A DNA stretch of 64,000 nucleotides from a virus, in IMG/VR virus record IMGVR_UViG_3300027519_000001; one strand, given 5' to 3'. A program made the position numbers and the translations under genes. The notes under the pieces were generated by a model, which worked only from the letters and a program-made list of their open reading frames with translations, was not told the DNA's origin and made no database searches. Of this stretch, positions 45,844 to 54,699 are shown piece by piece; the first letter of the stretch is position 1, and every line of letters begins with the position of its first letter.

Positions 45844-46006
45844 TTCAGCTAGAGGGTTGTAGGTGTCTTTAGGTGCTGAGACTTCAAATGTTTTGACTTC
45901 CTGAACTTCCTCTGTGCGTTTTCTTCGTTTGAGTCTACGCTTTTTAGGTTGCTCAGGAGTCTTAACATCAGCTTTGTCTTTGCCACTAGAAGACTTGCGG
46001 ATTCTT

Positions 46007-46891
46007 CTAATATTTAGTCCTGTTTGTCTGTCTAGATCTAACTAAGCCGTGAGCGTTTTTGCTATCGTCTTCTTTGACTTGACCTGCTGCGCTTTGGACG
46101 TTGTTTAGTCTGCGCAAACGCTCACTGGTTCTAGCGTTGTCCGAGTCTTTCGCTGCTCGTTCCACATAGTAGTGAATAACTCGTTCCATGTACATATCTT
46201 TATAGGCTTTTGGGAGTCGCATCTTTTTAAGATAGAAGTACAAAGAATCAATAGAGCATAGTTGAGATAAGAAGTGGAGTGGGCTATCGTCTACATTTAT
46301 TTCAGATTCAATATCCAATCCGTCTCGGGCGAACGCTTCTACATAACTTCCAGCATTATCAAAGCTAATAAGATAGCTAAGATGTTTAGCCACCCTATCG
46401 CCTATTTGCTTTGCAGTTTTTTCCGTTAAGTCAAAGCTACGTTCAATATCTTCTTTACTGATCGGAACTATGTTTTCAACGGCACGACCGCGTTCGTCTT
46501 CTTCAAGTAAACCATTCGGCTTTGGAGTAACTGTATCGCGAGTGTGACCTTTCTTAGATTCTGCTATACGCTGTCTAATCAAGTCTAAGTCTATACGAGC
46601 CGCACTATCTCTATCTATTTCATTAGCGATTTCTACGGCCCTAGACTCTTCACGTTTGGGAATCAAAAGACCTTCAATGATTTTCTTGTTATGTTCTGCA
46701 ATGAAAACGATATCTGTACCAATAGACGGAAGTGTGTTGAAGTCTACAACTTTAACCCCACGAAAAGGTTTCTTCATATCCATAAACTCATTTGGTCTGG
46801 ATTGAACTAACCTATGGATTTCCGATATCGGTACTTCGTCAATTGCGTCCCCTAAATATCCGTATGGGTTTAAATCTGAATTATCAAGCAT
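46007..46891 (-). CDS. hypothetical protein (294 aa)
   Basis: Long ORF, TAATG-coupled to the helicase gene. It occupies the slot where a small terminase might sit, but nothing supports that call. Confidence 0.6.
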   Translation of the reverse strand: MLDNSDLNPYGYLGDAIDEVPISEIHRLVQSRPNEFMDMKKPFRGVKVVDFNTLPSIGTDIVFIAEHNKKIIEGLLIPKREESRAVEIANEIDRDSAARIDLDLIRQRIAESKKGHTRDTVTPKPNGLLEEDERGRAVENIVPISKEDIERSFDLTEKTAKQIGDRVAKHLSYLISFDNAGSYVEAFARDGLDIESEINVDDSPLHFLSQLCSIDSLYFYLKKMRLPKAYKDMYMERVIHYYVERAAKDSDNARTSERLRRLNNVQSAAGQVKEDDSKNAHGLVRSRQTNRTKY

Positions 46892-48366
46892 TACACTAGC
46901 ACCATATCGTCATTGGATTTAGAACGTCTACGACCTGATGAACGTTCGGTATCGTCAGAGTCTGAATCGCGCTTACGCTTGCGACGGCTGCTTCGGCGTT
47001 CTTTCTCTTTGTCTTCTTGATCATCACTCATTTGTTGACGTTTGCGCTTGTTAGTATTTCTACTAGCTTTCATTTCTTCATATAGTTCCATAGCTTCATC
47101 ATCTGGGTCTGTGATTCTCATTACAGAGAAGTCCTCAGATACAGGCATAGGGAACAACTCACCATCACGCGCTTTATCAATGTCGATAGTAATAACATGT
47201 GTTTCACGGACCTCTTCGTCTGCGTAGTTCCACTTCCACATAACGTCGGCGTGTTCTTTAATACCTTTAGAGTATCGAAGCTTACTTGTTTCAGTATCAA
47301 GCTGAGCAAGAAGAATGATTAAGCAATTGTGTTCTGCACTAAATACCTTACACTTACGGGCAATAGCAGAAAGCATTCGCCATTGGTTATCGTCATCAAC
47401 ACCTTCCAATAGAGATATGTAGTCGATAATGATTACATCGAATGCGTATGGTACAAACCAAGCTAGTAGCTGGTCAATGGTTCTAGCTCGTTTAACAGCC
47501 GTAAAGGAAAAGCGGCTTCCTACTGCTTTAAGCTGATCGCGCCATGCTTTCATATCAGCTTTAGCCTTGGATGCCTCACGTTCTGTTAAACTATTGAACT
47601 TGAATTTCTTTAGAGGAATTCCAGATACCATTGAAATAACACGTTTCGCCTCTTGCTCTTCACTCATTTCCAGAGTAGCTTTACAGGCAGATACGTTTTC
47701 GTTAAGCGCTGCAATGTTCTTTTCTAAGTTCATTGATACAGCAGATTTACCACCTGACGTTGTTGCTGCCATAATCATGACACCAGTAGAAGGCAATCCA
47801 CCGTTACGAGTATCGTACTCGGTAAAACCAGTCTTCAATAGTTTTTCAGACGGAGTATACAAGGCACGTTCAACGATATCATCAGAGTTGTCTTCTACAC
47901 CAAAAGACCAAACAGTTTCTTCTTCAACTGAGTTAGCCTCTATACGACCTACTTCTGTTCTTATTTTACCAATGATATCATCAGGACTAACTTTGTCGTC
48001 GTCAAAGTCATCAGTAACGTTAGTAACAAGTTCGAAAATCATGCGGCGCTTTCTAAATATCTCTAAGTCATCTAACAGCTTAGACATAGACTTAGGACCT
48101 TTGGCAGAACTTACATCTGTGTCCTCGAATAAGTCCCGCGCATTTCTATCTAGCGCTTGGTCAGTGCGCAACTCTCCCCATTCTAACAGATGGTTTTTGT
48201 TTTGTACCATATTCATTATTCGACGGTACGCCTGTTGCGTGTACTCATGATGGAAAGTCAATTCAGTCACACGCCCTAGGAATTCCAATCTCTTTAACTT
48301 TGGTATCTTTCGATTCGTTACTGTTTTTAAGAATCGTAACTCTGAATCTATAGAATATAGTTCCAT
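46891..48366 (-). CDS. DnaB-like replicative DNA helicase (491 aa)
   Basis: Walker A MAATTSGGKSAVSMN and Walker B VIIIDYISLL, in the DnaB/RecA-fold order. It has a 60 aa K/R/S/D-rich C-terminal tail. Confidence 0.75.
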   Translation of the reverse strand: MELYSIDSELRFLKTVTNRKIPKLKRLEFLGRVTELTFHHEYTQQAYRRIMNMVQNKNHLLEWGELRTDQALDRNARDLFEDTDVSSAKGPKSMSKLLDDLEIFRKRRMIFELVTNVTDDFDDDKVSPDDIIGKIRTEVGRIEANSVEEETVWSFGVEDNSDDIVERALYTPSEKLLKTGFTEYDTRNGGLPSTGVMIMAATTSGGKSAVSMNLEKNIAALNENVSACKATLEMSEEQEAKRVISMVSGIPLKKFKFNSLTEREASKAKADMKAWRDQLKAVGSRFSFTAVKRARTIDQLLAWFVPYAFDVIIIDYISLLEGVDDDNQWRMLSAIARKCKVFSAEHNCLIILLAQLDTETSKLRYSKGIKEHADVMWKWNYADEEVRETHVITIDIDKARDGELFPMPVSEDFSVMRITDPDDEAMELYEEMKASRNTNKRKRQQMSDDQEDKEKERRSSRRKRKRDSDSDDTERSSGRRRSKSNDDMVLV

Positions 48367-48373
48367 GTTTGCC

Positions 48374-48919
48374 TTATTGCTTATACACCAACTTTTGTTT
48401 CATAAAAGAAACCTGTGGCATTTGGGTTTCAAACTGTTTACACCATTCCATAATCAAAGACTGATCTTTGTTCTGTAGGTTGTATCTCTTTTTACACTTT
48501 TTGTCATTATTATAAACAAAGGCATTTACGCAGGCATAAATGTTTTCAAGAGCTTTCAAGCTAGATACAACCAAGTTTGATTCAATGTTAAAGTTATTTC
48601 GCATGAACCAAATGATTGTAGAATCAGGCAAATTCTTATCTTGATTAGTTACAATGAACTGGTACGTCAACCACAAACAAAACCGAACATGATCAGTGTT
48701 GTTTATAGCTTTTGTGTCAGTAGCTCGACGATTTTTATTAGCTACTTGTGTGCCTGACTCTACTTCTTTACTTACTTCGTGCATCGTAGATTTGCCTATG
48801 CGATTAGGCATAGACACTACTACGTTCTCATTCAAAGTAAGAAGAAACAACGCTTCTGCTTGATGTGAATAAAGCTTTCTCGTTCGGTTAAGAGACAAGG
48901 TCTGTGTTTGAGTTTGCAT
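48374..48919 (-). CDS. hypothetical protein (181 aa)
   Basis: ORF in the operon. Confidence 0.55.
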   Translation of the reverse strand: MQTQTQTLSLNRTRKLYSHQAEALFLLTLNENVVVSMPNRIGKSTMHEVSKEVESGTQVANKNRRATDTKAINNTDHVRFCLWLTYQFIVTNQDKNLPDSTIIWFMRNNFNIESNLVVSSLKALENIYACVNAFVYNNDKKCKKRYNLQNKDQSLIMEWCKQFETQMPQVSFMKQKLVYKQ

Positions 48920-48931
48920 TTGTGTTTCCTT

Positions 48932-50098
48932 TTACATTAAGCCTAACTTCCGCGCCATACTAGGAAGTGATATCTCTAGCAATGACTCAACTGTAGTGTT
49001 CAGATACTTACTGACAATATCCAAAAGCTCTTCACGGGTTTTGCTATCCATAAAATCCTGTGTAGATTTTAATTCACTACGAAGATATTTATTCTTGAGA
49101 AGCCAACTACCAAAGAGAGGACAGTCGGTTCTGAAAAACAAGCTGATTAATTTACCATGCCTTGTATAAACACCGTACTTACGTAACAACTGATCAACAC
49201 TAAAGTCTATGTCTTTTGAACGTTCCATGTTAAGTCTAAATGTAGAGCTAAACATCGAATCATAAGGTGTGTCGATATCATCACCTGACATAGATTGTAA
49301 GTTAAGTTGGTTTTCTGATACTACACGCAAGGAAAATACATAACTTCCACTTGCGTCTTCACCTTCATTGACCAGTCTTTCACGTTTGTTAGACGTATAC
49401 AGCTTTATAATATTTATTGCTGCGTTATCAATACTTCTACGTACAATGTTTAACGACTTCTCAAAAGGGTAATCGTTAGGCTTTGACTTATAATGTGCTT
49501 TGATTGCACTAAACATTAACTCAGATGAAAATTCATCATGGGTCATATTGTAGGTGCGTTTAATAAATCTTAAACGCTTCTCTACTACTCGGTCGATGAA
49601 ACGATATACATCATCTAACATCATACCAAATTCTTCAATACATGCATTCATAGATTCAGGCGAATAGAACGATGTGTCGGCTGTGGAGTACATAGAACGA
49701 ATAACAGTACGCAACGAAGAATCACCGTACACCTTTTTGCTTAGCATGTATCTCAATGTTTCACAATCCTGTTTAGCTATATTGAACTGACAGCGATAGA
49801 AGTCATAGACAACAGGACGTAAAACCTTTCTACTGGAACATAAGTAAATAGCGTAGAATCGCATATTTAGAATTACGTATCCAGATTTGCTTATAGCAAG
49901 CCTAAACTTACTGGGAGTTACTTCTAGATTTTTGAAATCTATTATTGAACTCAGATTTGTGTGAAACTGTTTAATTGGAGTTTGAAGACATATATGCTCT
50001 AGGCAGTAGGTGAACACAAGATTAAATTCCTTGCTGTTCACCTCAACTCCTAACAGTTCAACAATCTGGTCACTCAGACTCTTGAACTTTTTATACAT
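48932..50098 (-). CDS. hypothetical protein (388 aa)
   Basis: Long ORF. Confidence 0.65.
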   Translation of the reverse strand: MYKKFKSLSDQIVELLGVEVNSKEFNLVFTYCLEHICLQTPIKQFHTNLSSIIDFKNLEVTPSKFRLAISKSGYVILNMRFYAIYLCSSRKVLRPVVYDFYRCQFNIAKQDCETLRYMLSKKVYGDSSLRTVIRSMYSTADTSFYSPESMNACIEEFGMMLDDVYRFIDRVVEKRLRFIKRTYNMTHDEFSSELMFSAIKAHYKSKPNDYPFEKSLNIVRRSIDNAAINIIKLYTSNKRERLVNEGEDASGSYVFSLRVVSENQLNLQSMSGDDIDTPYDSMFSSTFRLNMERSKDIDFSVDQLLRKYGVYTRHGKLISLFFRTDCPLFGSWLLKNKYLRSELKSTQDFMDSKTREELLDIVSKYLNTTVESLLEISLPSMARKLGLM

Positions 50099-50101
50099 TT
50101 A

Positions 50102-51016
50102 TTAATCTTCCAACCCGTCTTCTAAATCACCCAACTCAATTTCGTTGATGCCATTCTTGCTTCGACCTTTCGGCTTACGCTTAGCAGCAGATGAATTGTA
50201 TGAATGAGAAGCGAGTTCGTACTCACCTGTTTCCTCGGACATTTCAACATAGTTAGCAGTTCCAGATTCAATTGATTGCGCTATCTTTGTTAAGTCCATT
50301 ATGTTGTCGTTTGGACGAGCGCGGCGGGCTACTTTGTTAGAACGAACTACTTTACCAACATTGCTTACCAAACCGTTCAAGCCGTCTGAGTTAAGTTTGA
50401 AGTCTACATCTTTCATATCTTCTGGGCGTAGACGTTTTGGTGTTTCACGCTCACTCGGGTCGATACGCTTTCCTTTCTCAATCATAACTTCTTTGATTGG
50501 AGCAAAAGCTTCTACGCTGTAAATGCTAGGACCTTCGTGACCTGTGTTCTCATACCGTAAGACAGTCTTTCCATCGTCTGAGATAATTCGAACAGTGTTT
50601 TTGTCAGCGTTAACAACGCGACCTGTCATGAAGTTGCTCATGTAGTTAGCATTTGCTGTACCACGAAAACGAATATAAACAGGCTGCCACATATAAAACC
50701 CGTTCTTACGCGTAACAACTTCATTTAATAATGCACCAGCCATAGCTTTCAACTGACGCGGATTCATACCTTTAACACAACTAGCAATTTCTCTAAACCC
50801 ATCTTCCGCATCTTCTTCAAGAGCTTCGCGAATGATTGAGGGTTCAGCTTTAAACTTCGGACATGCACGGCTTGTAGCCATCATCCCTTCTTCTGAGCAA
50901 CTACTAACGTCACCGCCTATCAGATTTTCTACGTTTAGTCCTACGCATTCCCCACACGTTAGGTATCCCGTCGTGATTTCTCTTACTGGCAGTTGTACGT
51001 TGATTAAGTTCTTCAT
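50102..51016 (-). CDS. hypothetical protein with N-terminal Cys cluster (304 aa)
   Basis: ATG at 51016 with an AAGGA RBS 7 nt upstream. CGEC...C...C lies in the first 55 aa. Confidence 0.65.
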   Translation of the reverse strand: MKNLINVQLPVREITTGYLTCGECVGLNVENLIGGDVSSCSEEGMMATSRACPKFKAEPSIIREALEEDAEDGFREIASCVKGMNPRQLKAMAGALLNEVVTRKNGFYMWQPVYIRFRGTANANYMSNFMTGRVVNADKNTVRIISDDGKTVLRYENTGHEGPSIYSVEAFAPIKEVMIEKGKRIDPSERETPKRLRPEDMKDVDFKLNSDGLNGLVSNVGKVVRSNKVARRARPNDNIMDLTKIAQSIESGTANYVEMSEETGEYELASHSYNSSAAKRKPKGRSKNGINEIELGDLEDGLED

Positions 51017-51503
51017 TGCTGTATCCTTTAGTTCTTAATGTATAATGTATGCAATAATCGATAACTTGTGACATATTAGTTACGCCAGGCAAATCTTTCT
51101 TTAAACGATCTAACAACTCACGAGTTGGTAAATCTACCTCTGGATTCGCCAACTTAATTCGCTTCTCCCCATCTGATATAGGCGGATTAAGTAATGAACT
51201 AACTAATATCTCTAGATATGGTTGGGCTCTTTGTTCTGATTCCCAACTGTCCCAATATCTGCCCGGTGGCTCATTCCTATTTCCTCGCAAAAACGAAGCG
51301 GCTGCATCTGCTTTTGCATGGAGTGTTGTGTGACAGTCTCCGTCAATAGGAATCTGCAAGCTATCTTTTCCACCAAGGGCTTGCGGCGTAGTATGATGCC
51401 AATGGATGTTTCTAGTCCATTGATGACATATACAACATTTAGTGAAGTCACCATCTGTCTCAGGCGGTAACTTATTTACAACCGTCTTTGCGGTGTTAGA
51501 CAT
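50910..51503 (-). CDS. HNH endonuclease (197 aa)
   Basis: CCICHQWTRNIHWHHTTPQALGGKDSLQIPIDGDCHTTLH is an HNH core. The preferred ATG at 51503 overlaps the upstream stop by 8 nt. The 3' end overlaps the next gene by 107 nt. Confidence 0.7.
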   Translation of the reverse strand: MSNTAKTVVNKLPPETDGDFTKCCICHQWTRNIHWHHTTPQALGGKDSLQIPIDGDCHTTLHAKADAAASFLRGNRNEPPGRYWDSWESEQRAQPYLEILVSSLLNPPISDGEKRIKLANPEVDLPTRELLDRLKKDLPGVTNMSQVIDYCIHYTLRTKGYSNEELNQRTTASKRNHDGIPNVWGMRRTKRRKSDRR

Positions 51504-52902
51504 GTACTTTCCAAGGAAGACCCCAGCTAGTAACGATGTTCTGATCTCCATACAGAGATCGTACAACGTCTGCGACTTCACTAGGTACTAACCATGCTAT
51601 CAGTACATCTGATACACTAGGATGACTTTCATATTTGCTACTTAATAGAGAATAGCGATGACCTTTGTTATGAAACTCACCAAGTATATATCCAATATAC
51701 TGATCATAAGCTTTCTCGTTTAAAAGCTTTCTTTTCTTTCCCTCCTGTGTTTTAAGGTTTGATGTTCTGAATAGCTCACGCTTTAATAAAGTTATCTTGT
51801 GACGTTTGTGCTTTATTTGCGCTTCAAGCTTTTCAATGTCTCGCTCTAAGCTTTCGGCTGTGGCGGCAAATTCCGATACCCTTTCAGCGATTAGAGCTTG
51901 CGTCTTTTTATTAATCTTTGAAGAAGTTGTTGCATACTTTTCCATTTTAGACTGGGTTGCCTTCAAAGACTTACGCTTTTGTTTAAGCTGTTTAGATATA
52001 TCGCTGGAAGTAATCTCTTTAGACATTGCTTTAACTTTGTTTTCAAAGAACACCTGTGCTGCCTTTTTGCTGAACTGCAAAAGAACTTGGTCTTCTATAA
52101 TCAAAGCTACGTCGGCAACGTTGCTACTGCGAGTGGATATGTTAGTAAACTTAAAACCGAGTTGGTTAAGAACATCGGATTCTCGTAGTCTACCTTTTGA
52201 AAATGAAACGAATACAGGACAAACTGTAGGCAAGCTTGTTCCTGTCTCAACCATCCGTTTGTAGTCTGAGCTACTTTTGGTAAGAAGTTTTTGTTCGTGC
52301 TTTTTGTAAGCTAGAACCTTTTGGCTCGTTAGCTCTAGTGTTTCCACATCGTTCTCTTGAAGAGATTCCATTTCTGACCGAAGCATATCCTTCATATCAT
52401 CAGAGTCGTTTTCAGTTGTAACTTTCTTCAATGCTTCAACGAAAGCACTTTCTTGGTTTTTCTGATCAGATGCCTGACTGGCTAATTCGTCCATAGCGTA
52501 GATACGCTCACGGATGTTAGACCGAGCTTTAGCTTCTAACGCACTGGTTTTTGATAGAGTTTGGGAAGATTCGATCACACGTTGGATACGTGTTAAGAGG
52601 GTCAACCCTGACATAGTACGCGCTTCATTGAACGATAAGTCTTTTTCAAGTATACCGTGATGCATAGCGTCTATACAATGCAAGACTGAGCGAAGTTGTT
52701 TTGTAAGTGAACGTGGCTTGTTCTTTACCGACTTAGAAACATCGATAGATACATTAACTTCGGTTGATAGGTTTTCGAGTGCTGTAAGCACATTAGAGCG
52801 TTTGCGAAGTGGAGACTTTTCTGCTCTCATTTTAGACTGGAAATCTAAAACGCGATTAGAGACCTGCTCTAACGCCGAGAGTAGTTCAATTTGCTTTGTC
52901 AT
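51496..52902 (-). CDS. coiled-coil hypothetical protein (468 aa)
   Basis: Long ORF, first gene downstream of a near-consensus sigma70-type promoter. Confidence 0.65.
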   Translation of the reverse strand: MTKQIELLSALEQVSNRVLDFQSKMRAEKSPLRKRSNVLTALENLSTEVNVSIDVSKSVKNKPRSLTKQLRSVLHCIDAMHHGILEKDLSFNEARTMSGLTLLTRIQRVIESSQTLSKTSALEAKARSNIRERIYAMDELASQASDQKNQESAFVEALKKVTTENDSDDMKDMLRSEMESLQENDVETLELTSQKVLAYKKHEQKLLTKSSSDYKRMVETGTSLPTVCPVFVSFSKGRLRESDVLNQLGFKFTNISTRSSNVADVALIIEDQVLLQFSKKAAQVFFENKVKAMSKEITSSDISKQLKQKRKSLKATQSKMEKYATTSSKINKKTQALIAERVSEFAATAESLERDIEKLEAQIKHKRHKITLLKRELFRTSNLKTQEGKKRKLLNEKAYDQYIGYILGEFHNKGHRYSLLSSKYESHPSVSDVLIAWLVPSEVADVVRSLYGDQNIVTSWGLPWKVHV

Positions 52903-53021
52903 ATTATTTTATCCTTTGGAAAGCGCGAAGCTTGAATGGGATATTTCCCAAGTACCTTAAAGGTACGATGTTGCAAAAGCATAGTTCTAAATTATGATTT
53001 TCAGATACCACACTTTGCAAC

Positions 53022-53050
53022 ATTATATCACACATGAATATTGCTTTCAA
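53022..53050 (-). promoter_or_regulatory. sigma70-type promoter (minus strand)
   Basis: Read on the minus strand: TTGAAA (53050-53045), a 17 nt spacer ending in TGA (an extended -10 TG), then TATAAT (53027-53022). Confidence 0.65.
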
Positions 53051-53071
53051 TGTGTTTTGTCCCGCTATATT

Positions 53072-54655
53072 TTATTTAACACGGGACTTGTAGGCTTTGA
53101 ATTGCTCTTTTGTCTTAGTAGCAATTCTAGGCGTTGGATCTTCTTGGTCTTGCTTGTATTGTCGAATCTCTGCCTTTAACTCTTTAATCTTTTGAAGCAA
53201 TGCTGGCTTTTCCAACTTAGCTAGTTTACGAACTTGTAGGTCAAGTAAAGCCTTTGCTTTTTCAGCGGAGATTTTAAGTTTAGAAATAAGGAACTTATCA
53301 GGGTCCTTACTATCTAGTGACTTGATGATTAGCTGTCTGTTATCTACGCCAAAGATAAGAAGTTCAGTTCTATCGATTTGCGCTAAGCATTCATCTATCA
53401 AGGCTTGCAGGTAATCAATCTCTAACTGTACGCGATACTTAATCCAGTTATTGAAGAATGATACAAAGCTAGACTTAACAAACATGTTGGAGTCATCTGC
53501 TCTACGAACCGTAAAGCCTAAATCGTATGATTCGCTAGATACTAACTCTTTAAACACTTGCTCTGCTAAATCGAAGAACTTCTCTTCTGAAATTCCACGA
53601 GCAGGCTTTATATAGAAGTACGCACCAAGAGGCCCTGACTTAGGATTCTTTTCGTTTGAATCGTCACCAGCTTTAGATACTGCATCCATTTCTGCAAACT
53701 TAGCAAGCTTTTTCTGTATGACGTTTGAACTTCTAAAGCCTGGAGAGAAGGACTTAATCTCAATTAGTTTGTTCTTCCAGTCTGCATTTACTTCTGGTGC
53801 AAACTTGATACTTCCTTTGCCGTACTTAATAAGATTAGCAACGTCTTCGTCTTCGCTAACCTGAACACCACCGTAAGAATAGTCTATACGTAAATGCTTA
53901 GCACAGTTGTTAGGACCTAGTTTCTTATTAGCTTTGAACGCTTTCAATCCAAGAAGAACAAGTTCGTAAACTCCATCTATGTTAAACGGAGGGCTGTCAG
54001 ACTTAACACCAAAACCAATACCAGAGCTACCAAGAACAAGAAGCATAGGCAGCGTAGCAGGCAAGTACAACGGTACTTTCTCTGAGTTATCAAAGTTATC
54101 TACCATTGGAACAGTTTTGAGATAACCCTTATCCAATAGAAAGATATCACTCATTGCGCTAAGTCGTGCTTCTGTATAACGCATAGCAGCTTGGTTATCA
54201 ACAGGAGTACCCCAGTTACCTTGTCCATCTACCAATTGTGGAGATAGCTTATAGTTAACAAGAGTTGCCATTGCACCATAAGCAGCTTGGTCGCCGTGCG
54301 GGTGGTACTTACCAAGAACGTCACCGATAGTACGAGCAGACTTTTTATACTTAGACTTTGAGTTCAAGCCAAGGTTCTTCATAGCCCATAAAATGTAGCG
54401 GTGAACGGGCTTTAGTCCATCACGAAAATCTGTGATAGACCTTTCTTCTACAACGTAGCTACCATATTGTTTTAACGATGTTGCTGCAAAAGAATCTATA
54501 GATATAGAATCTTCTGAGGTCGCTGCCTTACTAGGTGCTTTTCTGCGAGTACCAGTTTTTGTCTTATCACGTAAAGCAGATAAGCTACTTCTTTTTCTCG
54601 TTCTTTTTCTTGCTGGTGGGCTTTCCGCCTCAGTAGCAGACTTTCTTCTTCTCAT
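53072..54655 (-). CDS. type II DNA topoisomerase, cleavage-religation subunit (T4 gp52 / GyrA N-terminal type, 527 aa)
   Basis: RDGLKPVHRYILWAM and YHPHGDQAAYGAM. AMRYTEARL contains the catalytic Tyr. There is no GyrA beta-pinwheel CTD. About 50 aa of basic N-terminal extension. Confidence 0.9.
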   Translation of the reverse strand: MRRRKSATEAESPPARKRTRKRSSLSALRDKTKTGTRRKAPSKAATSEDSISIDSFAATSLKQYGSYVVEERSITDFRDGLKPVHRYILWAMKNLGLNSKSKYKKSARTIGDVLGKYHPHGDQAAYGAMATLVNYKLSPQLVDGQGNWGTPVDNQAAMRYTEARLSAMSDIFLLDKGYLKTVPMVDNFDNSEKVPLYLPATLPMLLVLGSSGIGFGVKSDSPPFNIDGVYELVLLGLKAFKANKKLGPNNCAKHLRIDYSYGGVQVSEDEDVANLIKYGKGSIKFAPEVNADWKNKLIEIKSFSPGFRSSNVIQKKLAKFAEMDAVSKAGDDSNEKNPKSGPLGAYFYIKPARGISEEKFFDLAEQVFKELVSSESYDLGFTVRRADDSNMFVKSSFVSFFNNWIKYRVQLEIDYLQALIDECLAQIDRTELLIFGVDNRQLIIKSLDSKDPDKFLISKLKISAEKAKALLDLQVRKLAKLEKPALLQKIKELKAEIRQYKQDQEDPTPRIATKTKEQFKAYKSRVK

Positions 54656-54686
54656 TGGAAAAACCTTTAAGTATAAAGTTAGTTCT

Positions 54687-54699
54687 TATTTACAGTTTT
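54687..54699 (-). promoter_or_regulatory. copy 3 of motif AAAACTGTAAATA
   Basis: It lies 31 nt upstream of the topoisomerase subunit ATG and overlaps the stop (54698-54700) of the upstream ORF. Confidence 0.55.

Noticed and set aside
45890-47070. NLS-like basic clusters (KKRRLKRRKR, SRRKRKRD, RKRTRKR) as a hint of a eukaryotic virus.
   Set aside because: The gene content is unambiguously that of a tailed bacteriophage: gp25/PAAR baseplate, lipobox lipoprotein, Shine-Dalgarno sites, intrinsic terminators and a sigma70-type promoter. The basic tracts are treated instead as DNA-binding or localisation tails.
47567-48250. 227 aa + strand ORF inside the helicase gene. Similar cases are 51806..52264 (152 aa), 15873..16280 (135 aa, minus strand, inside the 1365 aa gene) and 57001..57354.
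   Set aside because: Each lies wholly inside a longer ORF that carries clear conserved motifs or operon coupling. Their products are Ser/Leu-rich with no motifs.
52903-53071. The longest intergenic region considered as a possible tRNA or small RNA gene.
   Set aside because: No cloverleaf-compatible arms or conserved T-loop (GTTCxAxTC) were seen. The region is better explained as a promoter plus structured leader. A tRNAscan run over the whole window is still advisable.
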